Part shown: positions 35,420 to 43,968 of the stretch, one piece after another
Layout of the letters: the number at the start of each line of letters is the position of its first letter
Position numbering within the stretch: the stretch's first letter is position 1
NCBI GenBank assembly: GCA_047605145.1
Contig: JASGGF010000001.1
Location: 1-45,425 of the forward strand
Length of the DNA: 45,425 nucleotides
Direction of reading: 5' to 3'
Origin: Thermomicrobiales bacterium
GTDB taxonomy: Bacteria; Chloroflexota; Chloroflexia; Thermomicrobiales; UBA6265
The notes under the pieces: generated by a model
Database searches by the model: none
What the model was told of the DNA's origin: nothing
What the model saw: only the letters and a program-made list of their open reading frames with translations
Position numbers and translations under genes: made by a program

Positions 35420-35995
35420 TCAGAGGCGCTGCGCAACGAGGCGGCTGACCTCGCGCAGTGCGTCGAACACGCCCTCGCCGGTCACCGCTGATGTGGCGTA
35501 GGAGGGGTACTTGCTAACGCCCAGCATATCGGCCATGCCGCCGACGTCCAGCGCACTGGGCAGGTCCGACTTGTTGCCCTGCAGCACGAACGCGATCTCG
35601 CCGAGCGACCTGCCGGACACCGTCAGCAACGACTGCAACTCCGTGAGCGAGGTCAGATTCTCGGCCTGCCGGAGCGGGTCTGTGTCTGCGACGAAGATCA
35701 CGCCATCGGCGCCGTGCAGGACGGCGGCACGGGGCCCGGCGGAGCGCGGTTGACCCGGCACCGTGTAGAGATGCCAGTGCAGCCGCATACCGAACCGTTC
35801 GCCGAAGTCGATGGGGAGCGAATCGGAAAAGATGGTGCGGGCCGATTCCGAGGCGATGCTGCGCAGCGAGCCGTGCGACTCGGCGGGGATGCCGGCAGCG
35901 ATGGCCCGGAGCGTGGTGGTCTTGCCACTCAATTCCGGGCCAAAGTAGACGACCTTGGCGTGGATCTCCCGCGCTTCCAGATCGATCAAGGCCAT
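35420..35995 (-). CDS. mglA: MglA-type Ras-like small GTPase
   Basis: Colinear with Myxococcus MglA: REIHAKVVYFGPELSGKTTTL (P-loop), LYTVPGQ (G3), GNKSD (G4). The start lies 5 nt after the hflX stop. Confidence 0.85.
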   Translation of the reverse strand: MALIDLEAREIHAKVVYFGPELSGKTTTLRAIAAGIPAESHGSLRSIASESARTIFSDSLPIDFGERFGMRLHWHLYTVPGQPRSAGPRAAVLHGADGVIFVADTDPLRQAENLTSLTELQSLLTVSGRSLGEIAFVLQGNKSDLPSALDVGGMADMLGVSKYPSYATSAVTGEGVFDALREVSRLVAQRL

Positions 35996-36000
35996 GGTGG

Positions 36001-37311
36001 TCAGACTGCCGCTGACGACGCACGGTCGAGGGCGGCCCGTTTCGCGTCCGGCTGCACAAACGACTCGAAGCGGCCGAGCTCTTCCTGCGGCAGGTAGCCG
36101 CGAACGGTTGAGCCCTCTTCGGTGAAATCGGTCTCCTCCACACGACCTAACCGGTGGAAGAGATCGACCAGATCGGTCCGAGAAAAGGGCGCCTGCAGGA
36201 CCACCGGCACGAACTGCGCGATGTCCTCGAGAGAGCTTTCCACCTGCGCCAGCAGGGCATCGAAGCCGACGCCGGTCTGCGCCGAGATGAGCACCGGGTT
36301 AACCGCAAGCGCCGCCGCGTCACCAAGAGTGGCCAGCACCTCATCGAGCGGCGGCAGGGCGCCATCAACGCCGGTCAGGCGGTCCACCTTGTTCAGCGCC
36401 GTGATGACCGGCTTGTCATCTGCCCCGAGATCCTCCAGCACGCTCATGACGGTTTGCATCTGTTCCGCCGCGTTGGGGTGCGTCACATCGACCACGTGGA
36501 GCAGCACGCTGGCCTCGTTGATTTCTTCCAGCGTGGCCCGGAACGCGGCGATCAGCAACGTCGGCAGGTTGTTGATGAAGCCGACGGTGTCGGTGAACAG
36601 GACATCGCGTCCGCTGGGCAGCGCCCGGCGCCGGGTGGTGGGGTCCAGCGTGGCGAAGAGCTTGTCTTCCGCCATGACGTTCGCGCCGGTCAGCGCGTTC
36701 AGGAGCGTGCTCTTGCCGGCGTTGGTGTACCCGACGAGGGCCACGACGGGAATCGGCGCGCCCCGGCGGCGGTCCCGGTAGAGCTGGCGGTGGGTGTGGA
36801 CCTCCGCCAGTTCGCGCTTTATGTGGACGATACGCTTCCCGAGCTCCCGGCGGTCGCTTTCCAGCTGCGTCTCGCCGGGTCCGCGCAAGCCGACGCCGCC
36901 GACACCCTGCCGGGAAAGGTGGGTCCACATACCGGTCAGCCGGGGCAGCCGGTATTCCAGCTGCGCCAGTTCAACCTGCAGGCGGCCCTCGTGCGTGGAA
37001 GCGCGACGGGCGAAGACATCAAGGATGAGCGCCGTGCGGTCGATGACCATCACGTCAAGGGCTTTTTCCAGATTGCGTTGTTGCGACGGGGTCAGGTCGC
37101 CGTCGATCATAACGAGATCGTATCCGGCGTCGTCCTTTTGCTCCTTGATCTCCTGCAGCTTGCCGGAGCCGACGTATGTGCCGGCCAGCGGGTGCGGCAG
37201 GCGCTGGGTGACCGAGCCGACGACTTCGACATCGACGGTCTCGGCGAGGCGCGCCAGTTCTTCCAGCGAGTCGGTGGCAGCCCAGTCCTGCCCGGGCCGT
37301 TCCACCGCCAC
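36001..37311 (-). CDS. hflX: GTPase HflX
   Basis: GVGGVGLRGPGETQLESDRR HflX signature. G1 GYTNAGKST, G3 DTVGF, G4 NKVD. The true start is probably upstream of GTG 37311 (see findings). Confidence 0.9.
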   Translation of the reverse strand: MAVERPGQDWAATDSLEELARLAETVDVEVVGSVTQRLPHPLAGTYVGSGKLQEIKEQKDDAGYDLVMIDGDLTPSQQRNLEKALDVMVIDRTALILDVFARRASTHEGRLQVELAQLEYRLPRLTGMWTHLSRQGVGGVGLRGPGETQLESDRRELGKRIVHIKRELAEVHTHRQLYRDRRRGAPIPVVALVGYTNAGKSTLLNALTGANVMAEDKLFATLDPTTRRRALPSGRDVLFTDTVGFINNLPTLLIAAFRATLEEINEASVLLHVVDVTHPNAAEQMQTVMSVLEDLGADDKPVITALNKVDRLTGVDGALPPLDEVLATLGDAAALAVNPVLISAQTGVGFDALLAQVESSLEDIAQFVPVVLQAPFSRTDLVDLFHRLGRVEETDFTEEGSTVRGYLPQEELGRFESFVQPDAKRAALDRASSAAV

Positions 37312-37486
37312 CAGCAGCGCGTGTTCAACGGGATCGCGATCGATGAGCTTTGGTGGGCGTGGTATGGCGGGGCTCCTTTACTGTGGGCCGGGGTTGTGCT
37401 GCTTGCAAAGTGTAAGCGCCGGCCTGTCAACGCGCGCAGATTCCGGGCCAGTCAGACACGCGTTATCTGGCCCGGTGGCGACGGGT

Positions 37487-38926
37487 TCATGACGCGTCAG
37501 CCTGCAATTCGTGAGATCGCACGCCGAGTGTGGCGCGCGCGGCCTCCGTGCGGCGCACGCGGTCTTCCAGCCACTCCTGATCCTGCGCCACCTGCTGCGA
37601 TTCGATGTCCAGCAGTTCGCGGACGGCCTTCGGCGCCGGGCCACCCACGGCGGATCGTTTTTCGACGAAACGGCGCGGGGCGAGAAAGGCGCCGAGCCGC
37701 TCGATTTCGACACCCAGTTCCTGCCCGATCACGAGCAAGGCGGCGCTATCGATGAGGCCGGGAGTGATGCCGCTGGCCTCCAGTTCCTCCGAGGCTGCGC
37801 GCTCGGCGACGAGCGCGGCAATCTCCTGCGCGGCGGATGCCGGCAGCCCCTCCTCGTCGATGAGCAGCGCGGCGAGATCGCCAGCGGTCATCAGGTAGCG
37901 GCCGGCCTGACGCGCTAGCCACGCGCGGTTGAAATCGACCGGGCCGCTGAGCAGCATGGTGGCCGTCTGGCAGACGCGCGCTGCGTCCCCGAGGGCCCGC
38001 GCGGCGCTGAGGGCCGGCGCATCGCCCGCATCCCCGCGCGGGCCGAACGGGATGGCGGCGGCGGCGCGCTCCGTCAGGAGCGCCTGCTGCGCGACCGCGC
38101 GGGCATCGGTGAGGCAGCGTTCCAACACCTGCGGCGCGCGGTAATGGGGGAGGGCGCGTTCGGCTGGCGAGAGCAGTGCGTCGTCGATGTGCAGCGACTG
38201 CGGCTCCTGCCGCCGCAGCGCCAGCATCTCGCCGAGCAGGCGCTCCAGTGGCAGCACCACGGCGGCGGCGGCCTGACTGGCGGCAACGAACTGATCCGTC
38301 GCGGACACGGCGTCGATGGTGCTCTCAGCGGGCGCCTCGGCGCCGAGCAGGGTCGCGACGGCGTCTCGGTCCACGACGACTCGCCCGCCGCCCATGGCCC
38401 CTGCGCCCAGCGCAACGGGATCGAGATCAACGAGCGCAAGCTGCAGCCGGGCAGTGGCGCGGCGCAACGGCGCGATGGAGGCGGTCAGGGCGTGGGCCAG
38501 ATTGGTGGGCTGGAGCGGCGAGGAGCCAGCGTAGATGGGCAGCAGAGTGAAGACGTGCGCCCCGGCCAGCTCGATCAGCGTCAGCCGGGCGAGCAGGGCC
38601 GCTTCCAGCAGCTGGGTCGCGTGCTGGCGCAGGAGCAGGTGCAGCGCAGTGGCTGCCAGATCGGACGACTCGCGGCCCTGCCGGCTCAGGGCGGCGCAGG
38701 CGGCGGGCGCAACGGCCTCCACCCGCTGCTCGAACGCGACAGCCAGACCGTGCGAGCTTTCGACTGGCGGCGGCGTGCCCTGACTGGTTGCTTCAACCGC
38801 GCCCAGCAGCGACGCCGCGCAGTGGCTCTCCAACGCGCCGCCGTCATGCAGGGTGATGACGTGCGCCTGCAGGGCGGCGCCAATCGCCAGCCACAGGTCT
38901 TGCCGCCAGCCGCTGGCGCCACTCAT
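37487..38926 (-). CDS. argininosuccinate lyase-like protein (fumarate-lyase superfamily) with degenerate catalytic motifs
   Basis: Colinear with ArgH by eye, especially the C-terminal FVEKRSAVGGPAPKAVRELL. ATG 38926 has GAGGA 9 nt upstream. Track ORF 37487..39202 was trimmed. Confidence 0.75.
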   Translation of the reverse strand: MSGASGWRQDLWLAIGAALQAHVITLHDGGALESHCAASLLGAVEATSQGTPPPVESSHGLAVAFEQRVEAVAPAACAALSRQGRESSDLAATALHLLLRQHATQLLEAALLARLTLIELAGAHVFTLLPIYAGSSPLQPTNLAHALTASIAPLRRATARLQLALVDLDPVALGAGAMGGGRVVVDRDAVATLLGAEAPAESTIDAVSATDQFVAASQAAAAVVLPLERLLGEMLALRRQEPQSLHIDDALLSPAERALPHYRAPQVLERCLTDARAVAQQALLTERAAAAIPFGPRGDAGDAPALSAARALGDAARVCQTATMLLSGPVDFNRAWLARQAGRYLMTAGDLAALLIDEEGLPASAAQEIAALVAERAASEELEASGITPGLIDSAALLVIGQELGVEIERLGAFLAPRRFVEKRSAVGGPAPKAVRELLDIESQQVAQDQEWLEDRVRRTEAARATLGVRSHELQADAS

Positions 38927-39040
38927 GTGCAGAGGTCCTCTCAAGTTCAGCGTCTGCCCACCGCAGGGCATGGGCGAGTCTAGCGCTATCACGGGCGCAG
39001 CCGGGACGCGTGCACCAGAATGGCACAACCAGCGGCGAGG

Positions 39041-39068
39041 TTGACCAGCGTTGTGGGGGTGGTAGCAT
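39041..39068 (+). promoter_or_regulatory. candidate sigma70-type promoter for the membrane-protein / homocysteine methyltransferase pair
   Basis: TTGACC (39041..39046), 16-nt spacer, TAGCAT (39063..39068), about 70 nt upstream of ATG 39141. Confidence 0.35.
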
Positions 39069-39140
39069 CGCCGGGAAGACGGCGAGGCTCCACGGCAACG
39101 CAGGAGCTGTCGCAGTGGGGAGCGAACTGGGGGAGGGACC

Positions 39141-39521
39141 ATGGACGGATTGGTAGGCATCCACTCGATGCTCGGCGGCATCGTGGTCGTGATGATGATC
39201 ATCGTGGCGATTCTGGGTGCGATTTACGCAGCGGGCGGCAGCGACAACCTGCTGCGGCCGGCCTCGATGCTGGCGGCGGGGCTGTACCTGTTGCAACTGG
39301 TGCTGGGCATCGTGCTGATCAGCGGCGGCCTCAAGAACTCGACGGGCCACTACCTCATTGCGCTGCTCATCCTCGTGCCGGTGGCAATTCAGCACTCGGC
39401 GGCGAAGCGTATGCAGGCGCGGACCCGTGGATACACCGTGATGATCTGCGCGCTGGCGGCGGCGTTTCTCTCGGTCGTGGCATACATGTCCGGGGCGATG
39501 GGCCTGCTGGGCCCGGCGTAA
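39141..39521 (+). CDS. small integral membrane protein (about 4 TM), function unknown
   Basis: 126 aa made almost entirely of hydrophobic helices. GGGAGGGA lies upstream of the ATG. Its stop overlaps the next gene's ATG (TAATG). Confidence 0.55.
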   Translation: MDGLVGIHSMLGGIVVVMMIIVAILGAIYAAGGSDNLLRPASMLAAGLYLLQLVLGIVLISGGLKNSTGHYLIALLILVPVAIQHSAAKRMQARTRGYTVMICALAAAFLSVVAYMSGAMGLLGPA

Positions 39522-40456
39522 TGCCGGAACGCGCGGGACTGGTTGAGCGGCTGGCGGCTGGCCAGCCGCTGCTGCTGGACGCGGCGATGGGCAGCGATCT
39601 CGACCGGCACGGGCTGGCAACGCGCTTGCCGCTCTGGTCGGCGCTCGGGTTGCTGGAGCGCCCGGAACTGGTGCAGGAAATCCACGCCGACAATATCTCG
39701 GCAGGCGCCGACATCATCACCACCAACACGTTTCGCAGCACGGCGCGCACGTTGCGGAAGGCGGAGATGCCCGAGGCCGGCGCGGATGACCTCGACCGCC
39801 TCGCGGTCGCGCTGGCGCAGGCCGCGCGCGAGCAGGGCGGGCGGCCGGACGTGCTGATCGCCGGGTCTATCGCGCCGCTCGACGAATGCTATGACCCGAC
39901 TTTCGACACGGACGCGGCGGTCGCGGTGGCAGAGCACGCGGCACAGGCGGGAAATCTGGCGGATGCGGGCGTCGATTTCCTGATGATCGAGACGATGCCC
40001 ACGATCCGCGAGGCGGTGCTGACCACCGAAGCGGCGCTGCAAACCGGGCTGCCGGTGACCGTTGGCTTCGTGTGTGAACCGGCGCCGGTGGAGGAAGGCG
40101 GCGCGCGGTTGATGAGCGGCGAATCGCTGGCCGATGCCGTCGCCGCGTTGCGGCCCTACCCGGTCGCCATGATCTTCGCCAATTGCGCAGCGCCAGCGGT
40201 GATCTCTGCGGCGCTGGCGCAATTGCGGGAGAACACGGATCTGCCAATCGGCGGCTACGCAAATGTCGGGGCGGTCGATGAAAAAGTCGGGTGGACGCCC
40301 GATGGCTCCGTGCGCGGCGCGGACTACGCGGCGGCAGCGGCGAACTGGCTCGACCTCGGCGCGCTCGTCGTGGGGGGCTGCTGCGGCACCCACCCCGAGC
40401 ACACGCGCGCATTGCGGCAGATGCTCGACGCCCGGAGCAATAACCCGGCAACCTGA
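39521..40456 (+). CDS. homocysteine S-methyltransferase family protein
   Basis: LLLDAAMGSDLDRHG N-terminus, TNTF motif, and C-terminal zinc-site GGCCGTHPEH. In-frame ATG 39521 within track ORF 39020..40456. Confidence 0.85.
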   Translation: MPERAGLVERLAAGQPLLLDAAMGSDLDRHGLATRLPLWSALGLLERPELVQEIHADNISAGADIITTNTFRSTARTLRKAEMPEAGADDLDRLAVALAQAAREQGGRPDVLIAGSIAPLDECYDPTFDTDAAVAVAEHAAQAGNLADAGVDFLMIETMPTIREAVLTTEAALQTGLPVTVGFVCEPAPVEEGGARLMSGESLADAVAALRPYPVAMIFANCAAPAVISAALAQLRENTDLPIGGYANVGAVDEKVGWTPDGSVRGADYAAAAANWLDLGALVVGGCCGTHPEHTRALRQMLDARSNNPAT

Positions 40457-40488
40457 CCGTTCGCACACATCAGGCTGGAGGCTCGACG

Positions 40489-42039
40489 GTGAGCGGCTCG
40501 CTCCTTCTCGGCGTGGATATCGGCACCTACAGCGCCAAGGGCGTGCTGTGCGCGCCAGACGGCGAGGTGCTGGCGGAAGCGGTCATTGAGCACGGCCTGA
40601 GCTTGCCCCGGCCCGGGTGGGCCGAGCACGATCCCGATGCGACGTGGTGGGGCGGGTTTGTCGCGCTGACGCGGCAGCTCCTGAGCGGCGCCTACAGCGG
40701 CGACGATGTTGGCGGCGTGGCGGTGAGCGCCATCGGCTCCTGCCTGCTGCCAGTGGACGCCGCCGGCAACGCGCTGCGACAGGGCATCCTGTACGGGATC
40801 GACACTCGCGCGTCGGCCGAGATCGATCTGCTGAACGCGCAGTTCGGCGAAAACGCGATGTTCGATCTTGCGGGCATGGCGCTGACCTCGCAGGCCATCG
40901 GGCCGAAGATCCTGTGGTTGAAACGACACGAACCCGAGGTGTACGAAGCGGCGCGGTGGTTCTACACGGCGTCCTCGTTCATCGTGCAGCGGCTGACCGG
41001 CGAGGCGGTCATCGATGTGCACTCGGCGTCCTACTACAACCCGCTGTTCGACTTGCGTGGCCTGACGTGGGACGCCCGGTTCGCGGAGCCCATCGTGGAA
41101 CTGGAGCGGCTGCCCCGCCTGCTCTGGCCGACCGAGATCGCGGGAGCCGTGACGCCGGAGGCGGCCGCTGCGACCGGACTGCGCGCCGGAACGCCGGTCA
41201 CGGCGGGCACAATTGACGCTGCCGCCGAGGCTATCAGCGTCGGCGTGATTGCGTCGGGCGACATGATGGTGATGTATGGCACCACCATGTTCTTCATCCA
41301 CGTCACCGCCGAGCCGGTGCCTGATCCGCGCATGTGGTCGACGGCCTACGTGCTGCCCGGCTTGTACAGCATCGATGGCGGCATGTCGACGACGGGCGCG
41401 CTGACCCGCTGGTTTCGCGACACGCTGGGCGAGGCCGAGATGGCAGCGGAAGCGGCGGGCGGCCCGAACGCTTACGCGGCGCTGGCGACCTCCGCCGCCG
41501 CGATTCCACCCGGCGCCGAGGGGCTGATCTGCCTGCCGTACTTTGCGGGGGAACGTACCCCCCTCAACGATCCGGATGCGCGCGGGGTCTACGCCGGCCT
41601 GACACTCTCGCACACGAAGGCGCACCTCTACCGGGCGAGTCTGGAAGCGACGGCCTTCGGGGTGCGCCACAATCTGGAGACGATGGCGGCGATGGGCGCC
41701 CCACCCCGGCGCCTCGTGGCGGTGGGCGGCGGAGCGAAAAACCCGCTCTGGCTGCAGATCGTGTCGGATGTGAGTGGCATCCCGCAGGACGTGCCGGAGC
41801 GCACCATCGGCGCATCGTTTGGCGACGCGTTTCTGGCGGGGTTGGCCACCGGCATCGTGCCGAATCTCGACGCGCTGCAATCGGACTGGGTGACGCTGGC
41901 GCTGCAGCTCCAGCCAGACCCGGCGCTGGCCGGCATCTACGGCGAGTATTACGCGGTCTACCGCGAGCTTTACGATGCCGCGAAGCCGCAGTTGCACGCG
42001 TTGGCGCGGCTAGGTTCCCGCCGCGCCAACGCGGAGTAA
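40489..42039 (+). CDS. FGGY family carbohydrate kinase (xylulokinase-like)
   Basis: LLLGVDIGTYSAKGVL N-terminal ATPase motif, GWAEHDP, and C-terminal VGGGAKNPLWLQIVSDV. Confidence 0.88.
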   Translation: MSGSLLLGVDIGTYSAKGVLCAPDGEVLAEAVIEHGLSLPRPGWAEHDPDATWWGGFVALTRQLLSGAYSGDDVGGVAVSAIGSCLLPVDAAGNALRQGILYGIDTRASAEIDLLNAQFGENAMFDLAGMALTSQAIGPKILWLKRHEPEVYEAARWFYTASSFIVQRLTGEAVIDVHSASYYNPLFDLRGLTWDARFAEPIVELERLPRLLWPTEIAGAVTPEAAAATGLRAGTPVTAGTIDAAAEAISVGVIASGDMMVMYGTTMFFIHVTAEPVPDPRMWSTAYVLPGLYSIDGGMSTTGALTRWFRDTLGEAEMAAEAAGGPNAYAALATSAAAIPPGAEGLICLPYFAGERTPLNDPDARGVYAGLTLSHTKAHLYRASLEATAFGVRHNLETMAAMGAPPRRLVAVGGGAKNPLWLQIVSDVSGIPQDVPERTIGASFGDAFLAGLATGIVPNLDALQSDWVTLALQLQPDPALAGIYGEYYAVYRELYDAAKPQLHALARLGSRRANAE

Positions 42040-42042
42040 TCG

Positions 42043-43116
42043 CTACAGGGCGCCTTCGCCCAGCAGCGCAATCTGCTCATCGCTGTGGCCAGCGGCGCGC
42101 AGCGGCTCCACGATGTCCGTCGTCAGATCGGGGATGTAGCAGGCAATGAGGTCGCCGCCCTCAGCGGAGGGCACGATCTGGACGTCGCCAATGGCTGCGG
42201 GCAGCAGCACCGACTCGGCGCGGTCCAACGTCTGCTCGCCGCCGCTCCACTGGATCGTGACCGGCGCGCCGCAGTTGGAGAGCGTCAGGCAGCGACTGGG
42301 GTGCGCGGCGTCGGTGTGCGGCGCCGTGAGTGTCCAGCGCTCCAGCGCGAAGTAAGGGCCGGCGCAGCCGACGCGGAGGGTGTTGCCCGGTTCCGGCTCC
42401 GGCTTGTCGAGGCCCGCGTGCGGCTTCGGCAGGAAATCGCGCTTCAGCTCGGCCAGCGTGGCCTCGATGTTGGCGCGCCACTCAGCGTCGCTCAGCCGCT
42501 GTCCTCGCAGGGTGTCTGGCATCACGAACTGGCCGGAGTCGGAGGTCTGCTGAATCTCGAAGATCAACGTGTCCGGGCCGAACGAGTGCAGCGCGCCGCC
42601 GGGCACATAGACCGTGTCCCCGGCGCTGATCGGGTAGCGGTACATGACGCGGTCGTAATCCTGCGCCAGAAACGCCTCGCGCAGATCATCGTCAGTGAAG
42701 CCGGGCTTGATGCCGGCCAGAATTGAGGCGTCCGGGCCGGCGTAGATGATGTGCCACGCCTCGGATTTGCCGTTCGGCTCGGCGTGCAGCTTCAACGCAG
42801 TCTCGTCGTCCGGGTGCAGGTGCACCGGCAGCATGTTCGAGGCGTCGAGGAACTTGCAGAGCAGCGGGAAATGCGGACCTTGCCAGCCTTCGCCGACGAT
42901 CTCGTTCGGGTGCTCAGCAGTGACATCATGCAGCAGGCGCCCGGCGAACGGCTCCGACGTGATGGTGGCGCGGGCGTCTTTCTGGTCGCTGATCTCCCAG
43001 GTCTCCGCGACGATGCCTTCCGGCATGTTCGCCTTGCCGAGCATCTCGGGGATCAGGCGCTCCCCGAACGGATAGGTGCGAATGTGCGCGGTCATCGTGA
43101 TCGGGCCCCAGGCCAT
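42043..43116 (-). CDS. class I mannose-6-phosphate isomerase-like (cupin) protein
   Basis: FPLLCKFLDASNMLPVHLHPDDE (compare FKVL...LSIQVHP) and YVPGGALHSFG motifs. GAGGAGG lies 5 nt before ATG 43116. Alternative starts are 43119 and 43095. Confidence 0.8.
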   Translation of the reverse strand: MAWGPITMTAHIRTYPFGERLIPEMLGKANMPEGIVAETWEISDQKDARATITSEPFAGRLLHDVTAEHPNEIVGEGWQGPHFPLLCKFLDASNMLPVHLHPDDETALKLHAEPNGKSEAWHIIYAGPDASILAGIKPGFTDDDLREAFLAQDYDRVMYRYPISAGDTVYVPGGALHSFGPDTLIFEIQQTSDSGQFVMPDTLRGQRLSDAEWRANIEATLAELKRDFLPKPHAGLDKPEPEPGNTLRVGCAGPYFALERWTLTAPHTDAAHPSRCLTLSNCGAPVTIQWSGGEQTLDRAESVLLPAAIGDVQIVPSAEGGDLIACYIPDLTTDIVEPLRAAGHSDEQIALLGEGAL

Positions 43117-43182
43117 CATTGCCTCCTCGGATTCTCCTGAGCTGCCGCAGCAGCGCGTGCTCACACAGTGTGCGCCGCGGCG

Positions 43183-43860
43183 CTACCCCTTGCGCGTGGT
43201 TGCCGCCGTGCGCATCGCCTCCATGGCGTGCGCGATCTCCAGATCGGGCGCGTAGATTGCTGAACCGGCCACCAGCGTATCCGCGCCCGCATCCACGATG
43301 CGACGGACGTTGCTCACCTTGACGCCGCCATCGACCTCGAGGCGGCAGGTGGGATTCACGGCGTCGATCATCCGCCGGGCCTGCCGGATGCGCTCAAGCG
43401 AGGACGGGATGAACGACTGACCGCCAAAGCCGGGGTTGACCGACATGATCAGCACCTGCCCGACAATGGGCACGACCGGTTCGATCATCACCAGCGGCGT
43501 GCCAGGGTTGAGTGTCACGCTGGGCGTGGCGCCGGCCTCGCTGATCATGCGCAACGTGCGGTACAGGTTCGGGTTGTTTTCGGCGTGGACGGTGATGCTG
43601 TTGGCGCCGAGCGCGGCGAAGCGCTCGACCCAGCGCTCCGGTTCCACGATCATGAGGTGCACATCGATGGGCAGGGTGGTGATCTGGCGCACCGCTTCCA
43701 GCACCGGCAGGCCGATACTGAGGTTCGGAACGAAGACGCCGTCCATCACGTCAAAATGGATGAAGTCGGCGCCGGCCCGTTCGGCTTCGCGGATCTGCTC
43801 GCCCAGCCGGGTGAAATCGGCCGAAAGGATGGAGGGGCCAATCAGGATGCGTTGCTGCAC
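43183..43860 (-). CDS. rpe: ribulose-phosphate 3-epimerase
   Basis: IGPSILSADF...HFDVMDGVFVPN, DVHLMI and MSVNPGFGGQSF motifs. Confidence 0.93.
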   Translation of the reverse strand: MQQRILIGPSILSADFTRLGEQIREAERAGADFIHFDVMDGVFVPNLSIGLPVLEAVRQITTLPIDVHLMIVEPERWVERFAALGANSITVHAENNPNLYRTLRMISEAGATPSVTLNPGTPLVMIEPVVPIVGQVLIMSVNPGFGGQSFIPSSLERIRQARRMIDAVNPTCRLEVDGGVKVSNVRRIVDAGADTLVAGSAIYAPDLEIAHAMEAMRTAATTRKG

Positions 43861-43968
43861 CGCCGGTCATACTCCTCGTCAACGTCTGGATCGGCGCTCC
43901 CGCCAACCTGAAGCCGATCATAGCAGCGCCGGGCGCCTTGGCGACCGCGTGCCAAACGAGCGCGCCAC

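Noticed and set aside
36154-37755. 533-aa plus-strand ORF, together with 34067..35278 (-), 40324..41997 (-), 1202..2722 (-), 5164..5931 (-), 6239..7270 (+), 10636..12114 (+) and 39389..40468 (-)
   Set aside because: All are antisense or out of frame relative to genes with clear family signatures (hflX, kinase, FGGY kinase, MFS, moaA, secreted protein, hisS, homocysteine methyltransferase). They have biased Arg/Gly/His/Pro composition.
39069-39140. Possible SAM/SAH riboswitch upstream of the membrane-protein / homocysteine methyltransferase pair
   Set aside because: The leader is only about 70 nt, and I recognise none of the SAM-I, SAM-II or SAH core motifs.
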